Below, in pieces: positions 1-9,931 of a stretch of DNA of 64,000 bases. The notes below the pieces were generated by a model that saw only the letters and a list, made by a program, of their open reading frames with translations, ran no database searches and was not told the DNA's origin. The stretch spans positions 794 to 64,793 of the forward strand of contig JAJYMK010000001.1 of NCBI GenBank assembly GCA_021786945.1, in the 5' to 3' direction. Source of the stretch: a bacterium. GTDB lineage: Bacteria; Patescibacteriota; Minisyncoccia; UBA6257; 02-FULL-45-10c. Position 1 is the stretch's first letter. Each line of letters starts with the position of its first letter. The translations under genes were made by a program, and so were the position numbers.

Positions 1-878
1 ACAAAGTAATCATCCATCCATTTCCTATAAGATGCAATAACTGGTTTTCCGCAGGCCATGGCATCTAAGATAGTCATTTGTCCACTACAATCAGAACCGT
101 CAAAATAAAAATCTTCATTTCTAGACGGAACAATTACTAACCTAGCGCCTTGATATAATTTACGAATAGTTAAATAATCCAAATTATAAAAAATCTCTAT
201 ATTTTTAGGCAAGTCAATAATATTGTTTATATTCCTTTTAGAGCAAACAATTTTTACCTTGATATCGCTTCCCTTAAAAGCTTCTATTAATGTTTTGTAA
301 TCTCTTCCGTTATCTCTACCCACGCTTAAAATATAATCACCATTTTCATGTGTTGGATAAAAAAAATTTTTATCCGTTCCAAAACAAACAACCGATAATT
401 TATTTTCTGGTATACCGATAGATATTAAAAATTTTTTTTGCCAAGTAGATAAACAAATAATTTTATAAGAAAACTTATTTAAAATCCAAGAAATAAATTT
501 TTGTTTACCCCTACTAGATCTTTTTAATAAATTTGTTAGATGTATATTAAAAACAATCCATTTATTATTAGGCCGACCAAACAAACCCTTAAAAAACAAA
601 AGGTTGAGAGCAACCGAAGAAAATATGTAATCGTATTTAAAAATTTTAAAAAAATATAATAAAAAAACCTGATTAAATCCAAATAACTTTCTAAATATTT
701 GCTCAAATTTAAAAGAAAAATCATTGCTAATATCAGCCACATCAGCTTTAAAATTATTATTTTTAATATAATTAAATCCAAATAAAGCAGTATCCGGAAC
801 GATACCTCTTAAATATTCTTTAAAATAAGCTATTCTATTAGCGCCGGCATAGATAAAAACAATTTTCTTATTATTCAT
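1..878 (-). CDS. Glycosyltransferase family 4, runs off the window start
   Basis: Translated by hand from ATG at 878 (MNNKKIVFIYAG...SVGRDNGRDYKTL...TILDAMACGKPVIAS); GT-B C-terminal motif; absent from the ORF track because it is open-ended. Confidence 0.85.
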   Translation of the reverse strand, partial: MNNKKIVFIYAGANRIAYFKEYLRGIVPDTALFGFNYIKNNNFKADVADISNDFSFKFEQIFRKLFGFNQVFLLYFFKIFKYDYIFSSVALNLLFFKGLFGRPNNKWIVFNIHLTNLLKRSSRGKQKFISWILNKFSYKIICLSTWQKKFLISIGIPENKLSVVCFGTDKNFFYPTHENGDYILSVGRDNGRDYKTLIEAFKGSDIKVKIVCSKRNINNIIDLPKNIEIFYNLDYLTIRKLYQGARLVIVPSRNEDFYFDGSDCSGQMTILDAMACGKPVIASYRKWMDDYF

Positions 879-987
879 AGTTTAATATTTCAAATATTTT
901 TTAAGTTGTTTTTTATTAAAAAAATAACTTAAAAAATAAAGCATTTAGGCTGTGATTTTTTAATAACAAAATCTCTTAATTTATTTT

Positions 988-2666
988 TTAATTCTTACAA
1001 GACAAAACCTTTACATCGATATATTTATCCTTTTTAAAATAAATTATTTGGCAAGAATTAAAAAATTTATCATATAAACTATTCGGCATTGCCTTGGGAA
1101 TATCTATATATAAAACATTACCAACAAAGTTTTTAAAAATCGACTCGTAACTATTTTCAAAGCCCGGAACGGCATAAATCCTTCTTTCATATTTTCCCAA
1201 CTGTCTTATTTCGTTTCCACCATTATCGTTATAAACCATAACTTTTTTAATATCAGGATTGTTTCTTATAAATTCTACGGAATTTCTTATAAGCTCAGAC
1301 GTTGACCCGTTTATCTTTCCAAATAAATATTCTTCAATAAAAACTCCATTATAAAAAATTCCAACAACCAATAAAGAAATCACACAAGATTTAATTAATT
1401 TTTTATTAAACAAAGATAAACCCATAAAAATAAAACTCAATAACCAATTTAAGCTTATAAATAACCAAGACACGTAAAAACCCAACGGCCCAGATCCCCC
1501 AAAAAACGGAAAAAGAAAATTCCACCTCAAACTAAATACCCGCCCCATCCATTCTTCTTTTGGATAAAGCGGGGGAACAAAATGAGGCAAAAATTGAAAC
1601 GCAAAAAATAGCATACTTAAAATCAAAACAATGAAAACATTTTTTTATTTACCGGCTCTTTATTTTGATAAAAAATATCAGAAATAACCACACCAGAGAT
1701 TATACAAAGCGGCAATATTAAAAATTGAAAATATCTATCCAATGCGCCAGTAGAAAAATCAAATAAAACGAGATAAAATATTAAGCCCCCGACTATAAAC
1801 AACCAAAAAATTCTCAACTTTTCAGCGATTTCTCTACTCATCCAAAATATAGGTAATAAAAGCAACGGCGAAATATAGATTAATGCTTTAAAAAACTGTA
1901 TAAAGATTTGTAAGTAATTTCTATTGGAAAAAACAATAAAATGAATCCAATAAGAGAAAGACTTTGTTAGATTAAAATACGGAAAAATAAATCTAGACCC
2001 AATTAATACTATTACTAGAAAAATCGACAATCCTCCAACTCCAAAAAAAATATATTTAAATAGCCTTCTTCTTTTCTCTATTGATCTGCTTTGTGAATAA
2101 AAAAAATCAAATACTATAGTACCAATCGCTATAATAAAACTCAGCTTTACCAAAAAACCCAAAATAATTGATAATAAAAAAGCCGCAAACCAAAGGATTT
2201 TATATTTAAATAAAACTGATTCACGCCAGTTAATATAAAAGATTACGGACAATAAGAAAAAGAATGGCAAAATTTGACCGTCGGTGTCAACCATTAATGA
2301 AGCGATTACAGAAAATCCGGAAATTGCATATAAAAAAGAACTTATAAGCGCCGATCTGTCATTAAATATTTTTTTTACTAAATAAAATAATAAAAATAAA
2401 TTGAAAATAGAAAATAAAAAAGGGGTGTATCTAAAATTTTCATATCCAAAAATTTTAGCAGTGTGGGAATAAATAAACTCACTAAGTGGCGGATGAGGTA
2501 TGCTTCCCGGCACGGTAAGCTCCGGATTCATTAATATAGGCCACTTATACTCATCTTGATAGTAGGAAATATGCAAACCCGGAATTCTGATGACAATTAA
2601 TAAAATCAGAATTAGGCCAAATAATAAATTTTTATTCTTTAAAATATTATTCATTTTTTTTGGCAA
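988..2666 (-). pseudogene. ArnT/PMT-like membrane glycosyltransferase split by a frameshift (ORFs 1623-2666 and 988-1626)
   Basis: N-terminal QDE...HPP motif and many TM segments; adding one A to the A7 tract (T7 at 1640-1646) fuses the two ORFs in frame. Confidence 0.65.
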
Positions 2667-3288
2667 TTATTAACATTTGTCCGGCAAAAGGCTTAAATGG
2701 CGAACCGATATACATTCTTACCATAAACGGTAAAATGGGCAAAAACGATGGCCTAGAATTCATAGAAAATGGCAAAAATTTTGGCATTTCATGTATTATT
2801 TTAAAATTATAATTTAACAACGTTTCTTTTAAAGATACATCATCAAATATTTTTTTATGAGTATGATCATCAAAATATTTTTTTGCCGAATAGCGATAAT
2901 TTGGCTGTATTAAAATCAAAACACCATCATTCTTTAGAACTCTTCTTATTTCATTTAAAGTCTTTATAATTTCTTGATCAGTAAAATGCTCCAATAAATT
3001 ACTAGCATGAACTACATCAATTGATTCGTTTTTTATTAAACCAAGATTCCACGCTGGAGCATTTATCATTTCAACATCTTTTGCGGCGTACTTTGGTAAT
3101 TCCGGAGAAATATCAACGGCGTATTTTTTACTGGCCTTAAAATTATTTATAAAATTACAATATCCAGCACCCAAATCTACAACGGATGATTTATTCGTAA
3201 TAAACTTATTTAAATAATTGACTATTTCTTTCCATACAATATTTCTGGATGAATCAAAAATATATCTTGATTGATAATATGAATCCAT
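2647..3288 (-). CDS. Class I SAM-dependent methyltransferase
   Basis: VVDLGAGYC motif I; LEH...EIRRVLKNDG. Confidence 0.9.
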   Translation of the reverse strand: MDSYYQSRYIFDSSRNIVWKEIVNYLNKFITNKSSVVDLGAGYCNFINNFKASKKYAVDISPELPKYAAKDVEMINAPAWNLGLIKNESIDVVHASNLLEHFTDQEIIKTLNEIRRVLKNDGVLILIQPNYRYSAKKYFDDHTHKKIFDDVSLKETLLNYNFKIIHEMPKFLPFSMNSRPSFLPILPFMVRMYIGSPFKPFAGQMLIIAKKNE

Positions 3289-3291
3289 AAA

Positions 3292-4005
3292 TTAAATCTC
3301 AATGAAACGATACTTTATTATTAAAAAAATCATCTTAAATCCCAGTTTAGCAGCCTTAAAAATATTACCAGTATACATCGACTGACCGATGCGAGGTTTA
3401 AATATAATCGGAATTTCAATTGGGTTAAGACCACACCTTATCAACCAAATCATTAATTCTGGTGAAAAAGTTCCACTCCCATTAGACAATTTAAATAATG
3501 GTTTAATTTTTTCTAGGGCCGAATGAGAAACTAATTTATATGTACAACCGACATCCGTAAGACTGGGTCCATTATGTAAAACTTCTAGAAATTTTGCTAC
3601 AGCCCAATTCCCGAACCTTACCGGAAAAGGCATAAAAGCTCCGGACCAAATCGCCGCTCGAGAAGTTCTGGTGCCAAAAACAACTTCAAAGTTATTACTA
3701 TAATCCAAAAATTTAATTAGATCATTAGGATCAAAAGTTCCATCAGCTTCAGCTATAATAATTAGATCTCCAGTAGATTCTTTTAAGCCCCTCATAATAG
3801 AATACCCATAACCTTGGTTCGGCTCTTTAATATGTCTAGCTTTAGTTTTTTCGATTTCTTCAGAAGTTTTACCCAAAGCATTGTTATTAATAGCTAAAAC
3901 CTCATCTACAAATCCAGTATTAAAAAAACCATTTATTATAGTAGCTATACTATTTTCTTCATTATAAGTAGGCAAAACAATGCTTACTTTTTTATTTTGA
4001 TACAT
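3292..4005 (-). CDS. Glycosyltransferase family 2 (DPM synthase-like)
   Basis: VSIVLPTYNEE, NQGYG, EADGT, LTDVGC motifs. Confidence 0.9.
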   Translation of the reverse strand: MYQNKKVSIVLPTYNEENSIATIINGFFNTGFVDEVLAINNNALGKTSEEIEKTKARHIKEPNQGYGYSIMRGLKESTGDLIIIAEADGTFDPNDLIKFLDYSNNFEVVFGTRTSRAAIWSGAFMPFPVRFGNWAVAKFLEVLHNGPSLTDVGCTYKLVSHSALEKIKPLFKLSNGSGTFSPELMIWLIRCGLNPIEIPIIFKPRIGQSMYTGNIFKAAKLGFKMIFLIIKYRFIEI

Positions 4006-4043
4006 AAATTTATAGATATAATAACACTTCGAAAAAAGAAAAT

Positions 4044-5099
4044 CTATTTGAACAAATTCTTAACTAATTTATTCAAGCTATGCTTATTTATAACAATGTC
4101 TCTAAGCTTCTTATTAGGCACCTCTCTCTCTTTTATATTTAGAGATAATATATTTTTTAATTGAAAAGCTATGTTTTTATCACTTTCTCTTTCCAAAACA
4201 AATTCTTTATCAATTTCATCATTTAGACTTTTATTAGCAACCAAAACCAAAGACTCACAAGCCATGGCTTCAAATATGGTTTTATCCATACTCCCGCTAG
4301 GGGTTAAATTAACATAAAGTTCGTATTTATTATACAAATCAACAGCTTCTTCGTGTTTAACAGAACCAATAAACTCAACTTTATTTTCTAAATTATATTC
4401 TTTAACTTTTAATTTTAGGCCCTCATAATATCCAATATCTTTAGGAAGCGGATCGCCAACAATGAGAGCTTTAAAAGTTATACCATCTTTATCTAATAAA
4501 TTTAAAGCTTTAATAAACAAATCCGGCTTTTTTATCGGAGAAATTCTGCCTAAAAATAAAATAGAATTTGGTGTTTTCTTGATTTCCGGCTTCCTTCTAA
4601 AAAAATCTGTATCTATACCTACTGGCATAATCTCGGTTTTCTTAAATCTTGCCGTATAAGAATATTTTGAAGTGCAAAAAACTCTATCGGAAACCCAAAC
4701 CGCAAAATTAGTCAAAAAAGATCCGTAGGGATGGTTTCTCCATAACATTATTTTTTTACCTAATAATTTCCATAATTTCCAACCCAAAAGCGCATACTCC
4801 TGATTCATATGCACAAAAACGGCATCATAATTTTTCCTTTCCTGCCAAATATATTTATAGAATCTATATACAAATAAAAACTTGCTAAAAATATGCGAAT
4901 AATACGAATGGCTACGAATATATTCTTCTTTACCAAGAGACAAAACCGTAACATTGGATGGCAAACTATATTCCCCCTTTTCTAAGCAAACAACCGTCAC
5001 TTTTTCGCAGTTTTTAGAAAACTCTTCCGTCCACCTATGAAAGAAGCCAAGAATTGGATCGTTTATGTCTATTTTCTGCGTTACTATTAATAATTTCAT
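4044..5099 (-). CDS. Glycosyltransferase family 4
   Basis: LFLGRISPIKK; GSMDKTIFEAMAC. Confidence 0.9.
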   Translation of the reverse strand: MKLLIVTQKIDINDPILGFFHRWTEEFSKNCEKVTVVCLEKGEYSLPSNVTVLSLGKEEYIRSHSYYSHIFSKFLFVYRFYKYIWQERKNYDAVFVHMNQEYALLGWKLWKLLGKKIMLWRNHPYGSFLTNFAVWVSDRVFCTSKYSYTARFKKTEIMPVGIDTDFFRRKPEIKKTPNSILFLGRISPIKKPDLFIKALNLLDKDGITFKALIVGDPLPKDIGYYEGLKLKVKEYNLENKVEFIGSVKHEEAVDLYNKYELYVNLTPSGSMDKTIFEAMACESLVLVANKSLNDEIDKEFVLERESDKNIAFQLKNILSLNIKEREVPNKKLRDIVINKHSLNKLVKNLFK

Positions 5100-5147
5100 G
5101 TATATGATACTAATCTACAAATTTTATAAGAGTGCTACGAATAAAAA

Positions 5148-6011
5148 TTATCTTAATTTAATCTTTTTGCCGTAAACACCCATTAATAAATCTAAATCTT
5201 TTTTGGATTTTATCAATAATTCAATATTTTTCCGTTCAATAGCCGAAAGAACCGTAATTCCGGCTTTGTCTTTTTTCATTTCTTTTTTATAAAGCCTGGT
5301 TAAAGCAGCAAAATCTTTTATAAAGCAATGCCCTCCACCCCCGCGGCCATTTTTATGAACCGGATTTACATGCATTGGGCCAATCCATGGATCCACAACT
5401 ATTAAATCGCCTAAAACTTTCCAATCTGCACCTATTTTTTGAGATAAATCATACAAAATATTCATAAAAACAACTTTTGAATAAAAGAAACAATTTCGGG
5501 CATATTTAAAAAGCTCGGCTTCCCTAGCCATGCAAATTTTCTCGGAATTACTCTTTGGTAAAATATCTAAAACCATTTTAGCTTTGGCGCGATAAATAGC
5601 ACTATTAATCGGAATGCCGATTATATTATGATGCGGGGACGCAACATCTTTAGCGGCAGTAGCCTCAGTTAAAAATTCCGGGGAATGCATAACAAAAATA
5701 TCCGGATTTTCTTTTTGTAATTTTTCTGTCGAACCGGGAATTATAGTTGATTTAATAACGGCAATCTTACCACTTCCAACTAATTTAATAACCTTTTTTA
5801 CAATACCCAAATTAAATCCCTTGGAAGTTGTTGGAGTTGGAACGGCAATAAAAACAATATCGCAATTTTTTATTTTTTCTTTGTTTCCAATATATGGCTC
5901 TTCCTGAGAGTAACGGACAACATTAAAACCCCTCCTTTCAAAGTCGTCAGCATAATTTTTGCCAATCCAACCCTGGCCAATAAAACCTATTTTTAAATTA
6001 TTTTTTATCAT
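5148..6011 (-). CDS. UDP-glucose/GDP-mannose dehydrogenase family protein, short form
   Basis: GFIGQGWIG Rossmann motif, AVPTP, KSTIIPG, PEFL, GGHCF. Confidence 0.85.
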   Translation of the reverse strand: MIKNNLKIGFIGQGWIGKNYADDFERRGFNVVRYSQEEPYIGNKEKIKNCDIVFIAVPTPTTSKGFNLGIVKKVIKLVGSGKIAVIKSTIIPGSTEKLQKENPDIFVMHSPEFLTEATAAKDVASPHHNIIGIPINSAIYRAKAKMVLDILPKSNSEKICMAREAELFKYARNCFFYSKVVFMNILYDLSQKIGADWKVLGDLIVVDPWIGPMHVNPVHKNGRGGGGHCFIKDFAALTRLYKKEMKKDKAGITVLSAIERKNIELLIKSKKDLDLLMGVYGKKIKLR

Positions 6012-6012
6012 T

Positions 6013-7125
6013 TTAAATAATTTGTTTATATAACTTCAAATACCTTTCCTTGGTCATTAAATTTTCAGATACTTTAATACTATTTTTACTAAAATAGACC
6101 AATTCCTCTGTATTGGACATCAAAAAATCGACCTCCCTGATCATCGCAGATTCATCTCCCACAGGAACAACGATTCCGTTTTCTTTGTTTTTTAAAACCT
6201 CCCCAGCCAAACCAACGTCTGTCGTGACAACCGGCAATCCCGCCGCCATAGCCTCAATGACCGTTCTACCATAGCCCTCATAATTTGAAGTTAATAAAAA
6301 TAAATCAGCTGTTTTGTAATAAGATACCAAATCATCGGACCAGCCCTCAAAAACAACACTATTATTAATTTTTAAGCGTAAAACTAAATATTTAAGTCTA
6401 GCCTCCTCAGAACCAGAACCAACTATTATCAATCCAAGCTTTGGATGCTTCTTAACTAATTCCGACATCGCTTCTATAGCTAAGCCAATATTTTTTTCCT
6501 TTGTAATTCGCGAAGACATTAAAATTATAAAATTGAATTGCGGATACTTCTTATGAAGATCTGTTTTAATTGGGGCTGTTTTAATCACTTCAACATCTAC
6601 AAAAATAGGAAGCACTATAATTCTATTTAAAATTGAAGGTTTAAAATTAGAAATTAATGAGTGCTTGATTCGTTCCGAAACTACCCGAATTTTATCAGCG
6701 CGAGGAATTATAAATTTAGCCAACGAAACCCTAAATTTATTTAAAAAGGACTCTTGCCAAAAATATGGACTCAAAAAATCCGTATGGATCTGAATTTGAA
6801 GCGATAAATTATATATTTTTTTAAGCATCCACCCTGCTAAGCCCGCCTCGAAAGGATCTTGAGAAGAAATAACAATGTCTTTATTTAAAATTATTGATTT
6901 TGAAATTTTATATATACCCCAAAGATAAAATAATTTACAAAAATGATTCGTAGGATATACAAAAATATTTTCCCCTATTTTTGTCTTTTGATTTTTTAAT
7001 TTTTTACCGGAAAAAACTATTACATGGATTTCTTGAAATAATTTTCCATAATCCAAATATCGGTTCCATACGTCGGAACCCTCTTTAAACAAATTTCTAT
7101 CAGAGCCAATAACTAATAATTTCAT
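6013..7125 (-). CDS. Glycosyltransferase family 4
   Basis: SNYEGYGRTVIEAMAAGLPVVTTDVG. Confidence 0.92.
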   Translation of the reverse strand: MKLLVIGSDRNLFKEGSDVWNRYLDYGKLFQEIHVIVFSGKKLKNQKTKIGENIFVYPTNHFCKLFYLWGIYKISKSIILNKDIVISSQDPFEAGLAGWMLKKIYNLSLQIQIHTDFLSPYFWQESFLNKFRVSLAKFIIPRADKIRVVSERIKHSLISNFKPSILNRIIVLPIFVDVEVIKTAPIKTDLHKKYPQFNFIILMSSRITKEKNIGLAIEAMSELVKKHPKLGLIIVGSGSEEARLKYLVLRLKINNSVVFEGWSDDLVSYYKTADLFLLTSNYEGYGRTVIEAMAAGLPVVTTDVGLAGEVLKNKENGIVVPVGDESAMIREVDFLMSNTEELVYFSKNSIKVSENLMTKERYLKLYKQII

Positions 7126-7131
7126 AAAAAA

Positions 7132-8220
7132 TTATATTGACTTTAACAATTCAGATAGGCGATTCAGCATAGTTTCAAGTGAAAATCTAGCTAATTCTTT
7201 GTGGGAATTTTCTATAAATTTGCTCTGTAGTTGCTCATTTTTAACAACTTTCAAAATAGCGTCTCTCAACTGGTTTTTATTATTATATTCAACCAATAAG
7301 CCATTATAGTCATTTTTAATCAATTCGGGGTTGCCTCCAATATTTGTGGTAACTACAGGCGCGCTATTCTGCATAGATTCTAAAATAATATGAGAAAGTC
7401 CCTCGTACGATGTATTCAATGCAAATACTTTGGCTAAACCAAAATATTTATGCATTTGTTCATGATTTAAACCACCCAACAAAACAACTTTATTATCTAA
7501 TTTAAGGTTTGAAATTAAAGATTTAAGATTATTTTCTTCCGGACCAACCCCGGCAATAAAAAGTTTGAAATCGTCAGGCAATTCCCGCATAACTTCAATC
7601 AATAAATCAAAACCTTTCCAAGGCACCAATCTTCCCGCGGAAAAAATAATATTATCTTTTTTAATATTTGGTTTAGAAATATCACCTTCCAAAGAATTAT
7701 AAATTACCGTGATTTTTTCTTCGGATACACCCCATTTTTTGACAATGCCTTTCAAATACTCACTAGGCACAACAATTTTATCAGCTTTATCCGCAACCCA
7801 TCTTTCAATACATCTCCTTAATTCAGTTATAAATGAATATTCTTGAGACTGAAAAACCTCGAGAGTTACCAATTCAGAACTAAAACTTTTAATCTGTAGT
7901 TGCTCCCAAGCATAATCACCCACAATCTTAAGTAAAAACTTCTTGTTCAAAAATCTAGCAACCAAAGCCGCTGGCAAACCAACGCTTACAGGATCTTGAG
8001 CATAAAGCATATCCACGCCAAAAGATCTTTTTAAAACCTTAAAAAAATAAACAATATGCCTTATTCCTCTAGGCCATCTCCTGACGTCGCCGAAGCTCAA
8101 AACTTCAACTTCAAAGCCACGCTTTGGAAGCTCATCTTTTAATAATTTGCTATATGTAGCTGGACCCCCGATATCCGGAGGATAAATGCCGGTACAAATC
8201 AATATACGAAGAGAAGACAT
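7132..8220 (-). CDS. Glycosyltransferase family 4
   Basis: YPPDIGGPA, GRLVPWKG, YEGLSHIILES. Confidence 0.92.
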   Translation of the reverse strand: MSSLRILICTGIYPPDIGGPATYSKLLKDELPKRGFEVEVLSFGDVRRWPRGIRHIVYFFKVLKRSFGVDMLYAQDPVSVGLPAALVARFLNKKFLLKIVGDYAWEQLQIKSFSSELVTLEVFQSQEYSFITELRRCIERWVADKADKIVVPSEYLKGIVKKWGVSEEKITVIYNSLEGDISKPNIKKDNIIFSAGRLVPWKGFDLLIEVMRELPDDFKLFIAGVGPEENNLKSLISNLKLDNKVVLLGGLNHEQMHKYFGLAKVFALNTSYEGLSHIILESMQNSAPVVTTNIGGNPELIKNDYNGLLVEYNNKNQLRDAILKVVKNEQLQSKFIENSHKELARFSLETMLNRLSELLKSI

Positions 8221-8300
8221 AATTTAAAATTTAATATTTAAGATTTAAGAATGATTTAATGATTTAATGATTTAAGGATTTAATAATTTAATGATTAAAA
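8221..8300. repeat. Degenerate 7-8 nt tandem repeats (ATTTAAG/ATTTAAT) flanking the four-helix-bundle gene
   Basis: aatttaaaatttaatatttaagatttaagaatgatttaatgatttaatgatttaaggatttaataatttaatg; more copies at about 8692-8727. Confidence 0.8.
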
Positions 8301-8303
8301 GAG

Positions 8304-8684
8304 CTATTTTTTAAAATCAGAATGTCGTAATAAGAATTTTCTAAAGTTAGATAATTTTATAGAGATATTTTCTAAATTATTATATAGCTCATCAAATTGC
8401 TTTTTATCTATATACTTATTATCCAGCAAAATATACAAAATACAACGCACTTCTCCGGCCGAACCCTTTGATATATTAATGAAATTAGCAAATTCTTTAT
8501 TAGAGCTCCTCTCAAAACCCTCGGCTATATTCAGCATTATTGAATAAGCCGATCTTTTTAATTGATCCGTCAGAGAAAAATCCTTTCGCAATTTCGCACT
8601 ACTCTCTATTAATTTATAAATTTTGTTTACTAGCACTCTTGATTCCATCCATATAGGTAAATCTTCAAATTTAGAAATATTCAT
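8304..8684 (-). CDS. Four helix bundle protein (23S rRNA IVP-like family)
   Basis: FEDLPIW...DQLKRSAYSIMLNIAEGFER...KGSAGE family signature. Confidence 0.92.
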   Translation of the reverse strand: MNISKFEDLPIWMESRVLVNKIYKLIESSAKLRKDFSLTDQLKRSAYSIMLNIAEGFERSSNKEFANFINISKGSAGEVRCILYILLDNKYIDKKQFDELYNNLENISIKLSNFRKFLLRHSDFKK

Positions 8685-8729
8685 GAGAAAAATATTTAAT
8701 ATTTAAGATTAAAAAATAAAATTAAGGGT

Positions 8730-9869
8730 TTATAAACTATAAATTCGTTCTGTTTCGGAGACCATTTTTTCTAAGCTGAATTTATCTTTTACAATTTCCT
8801 TAGCTTTTCGGGAAAGCTCTTTGGCTATTTCTTTATTTTCTATTAATCCACCGATAGCTCGTGCTAAAGCTTCAGGATTTTTCTGGGAAACCATAAGTCC
8901 ATTTTCGTGGTTTTTAATCATTTCCGGTATACCCCCGGCTTCAGTTACCACAATAGGAAGCTCTGCGGCCATAGCTTCCAAAAGAATATAAGGAAGACCC
9001 TCCTTAATCGAGGACATAGCAAAAACATCGAAAGCTTTTAGATATTGGGCGTCGTTGCCGCTCGGAGAAATAATAAAGAATCGGTCAGATAATTTAAGCT
9101 TTAAAATTAAAGATTTAAGATTACTTAATTCTAGGCCGTCGCCAATTATAAAAAAGTATGTGTTTTTTACAAATTTTGCCGCCCCTATAAATGTTTCGTA
9201 ATTTTTTTCTTTGACCAATCTGCCTACCGACCCAACCCACTGATATTTCTCTTCTAATTTTGAAACTTGTGGTGAGTTTACCGAACCATCATTAAATATT
9301 TTAATCATTAAATCTTGTCTTGATTCTTTTTTTGATAAAAACTTCATATCCGCATTTATTCCGTTATGTATAGTGGAAAGTTTTTCTTCTGGGCAAATAT
9401 CATATTCAAGCGCTAAGTTGTAGTCGTATTCGGACACGCAAATTATTTTATCCTGAAATTTTGCCGCAAATTTATGCAATAAAACATAAAACTGACGGAC
9501 AAACTTGCTAATTTCGTTTGTCGGATTAAATACCCAACCATGCGCAGTAAATACCACCCTTATTTTTTTATTAAAATTTTTATTGTATATAGCAGCGGCA
9601 AGAGATCCTAAAACTCCGGCCTTAGAACTATTCAAATGTATAATATCCGGATTTTCTTTCTTGAAAACATTTACCAATTCAAATATAGCCATCCAGTCAT
9701 TGAAAAACAAAAACCACGGATAGGTTTTATTTGAAAGCCATCTCACCTCCCTATCTCCATATAAAACTCGGGAATCGAATTTATTTTTATCCAAATTATC
9801 CGCTAAATCTTTAACGTACTTCTGCGCCCCGCCTATGCCTGATTTAGTTAAAATATAAAGAATCTTCAT
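8730..9869 (-). CDS. Glycosyltransferase family 4
   Basis: IGGAQKY, HLNSSKAG, TAHGW, KEGLPYILLEAMAA. Confidence 0.92.
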   Translation of the reverse strand: MKILYILTKSGIGGAQKYVKDLADNLDKNKFDSRVLYGDREVRWLSNKTYPWFLFFNDWMAIFELVNVFKKENPDIIHLNSSKAGVLGSLAAAIYNKNFNKKIRVVFTAHGWVFNPTNEISKFVRQFYVLLHKFAAKFQDKIICVSEYDYNLALEYDICPEEKLSTIHNGINADMKFLSKKESRQDLMIKIFNDGSVNSPQVSKLEEKYQWVGSVGRLVKEKNYETFIGAAKFVKNTYFFIIGDGLELSNLKSLILKLKLSDRFFIISPSGNDAQYLKAFDVFAMSSIKEGLPYILLEAMAAELPIVVTEAGGIPEMIKNHENGLMVSQKNPEALARAIGGLIENKEIAKELSRKAKEIVKDKFSLEKMVSETERIYSL

Positions 9870-9931
9870 AATACAAATAAAATACTAATATTATACGGAT
9901 TTTACGAATAACTACGAATATTAATTAAGAA

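Noticed and set aside
536-781. 81-aa ORF in the track
   Set aside because: Alternate frame inside the real glycosyltransferase (1-878).
5148-6011. Short UDP-glucose dehydrogenase as a pseudogene
   Set aside because: Catalytic motifs are intact, it is tightly operonic, and there is no downstream remnant; treated as a natural short form.
8304-8684. Four-helix bundle as DGR Avd or an rRNA intervening sequence
   Set aside because: No reverse transcriptase, template/variable repeat pair or rRNA gene in the window.
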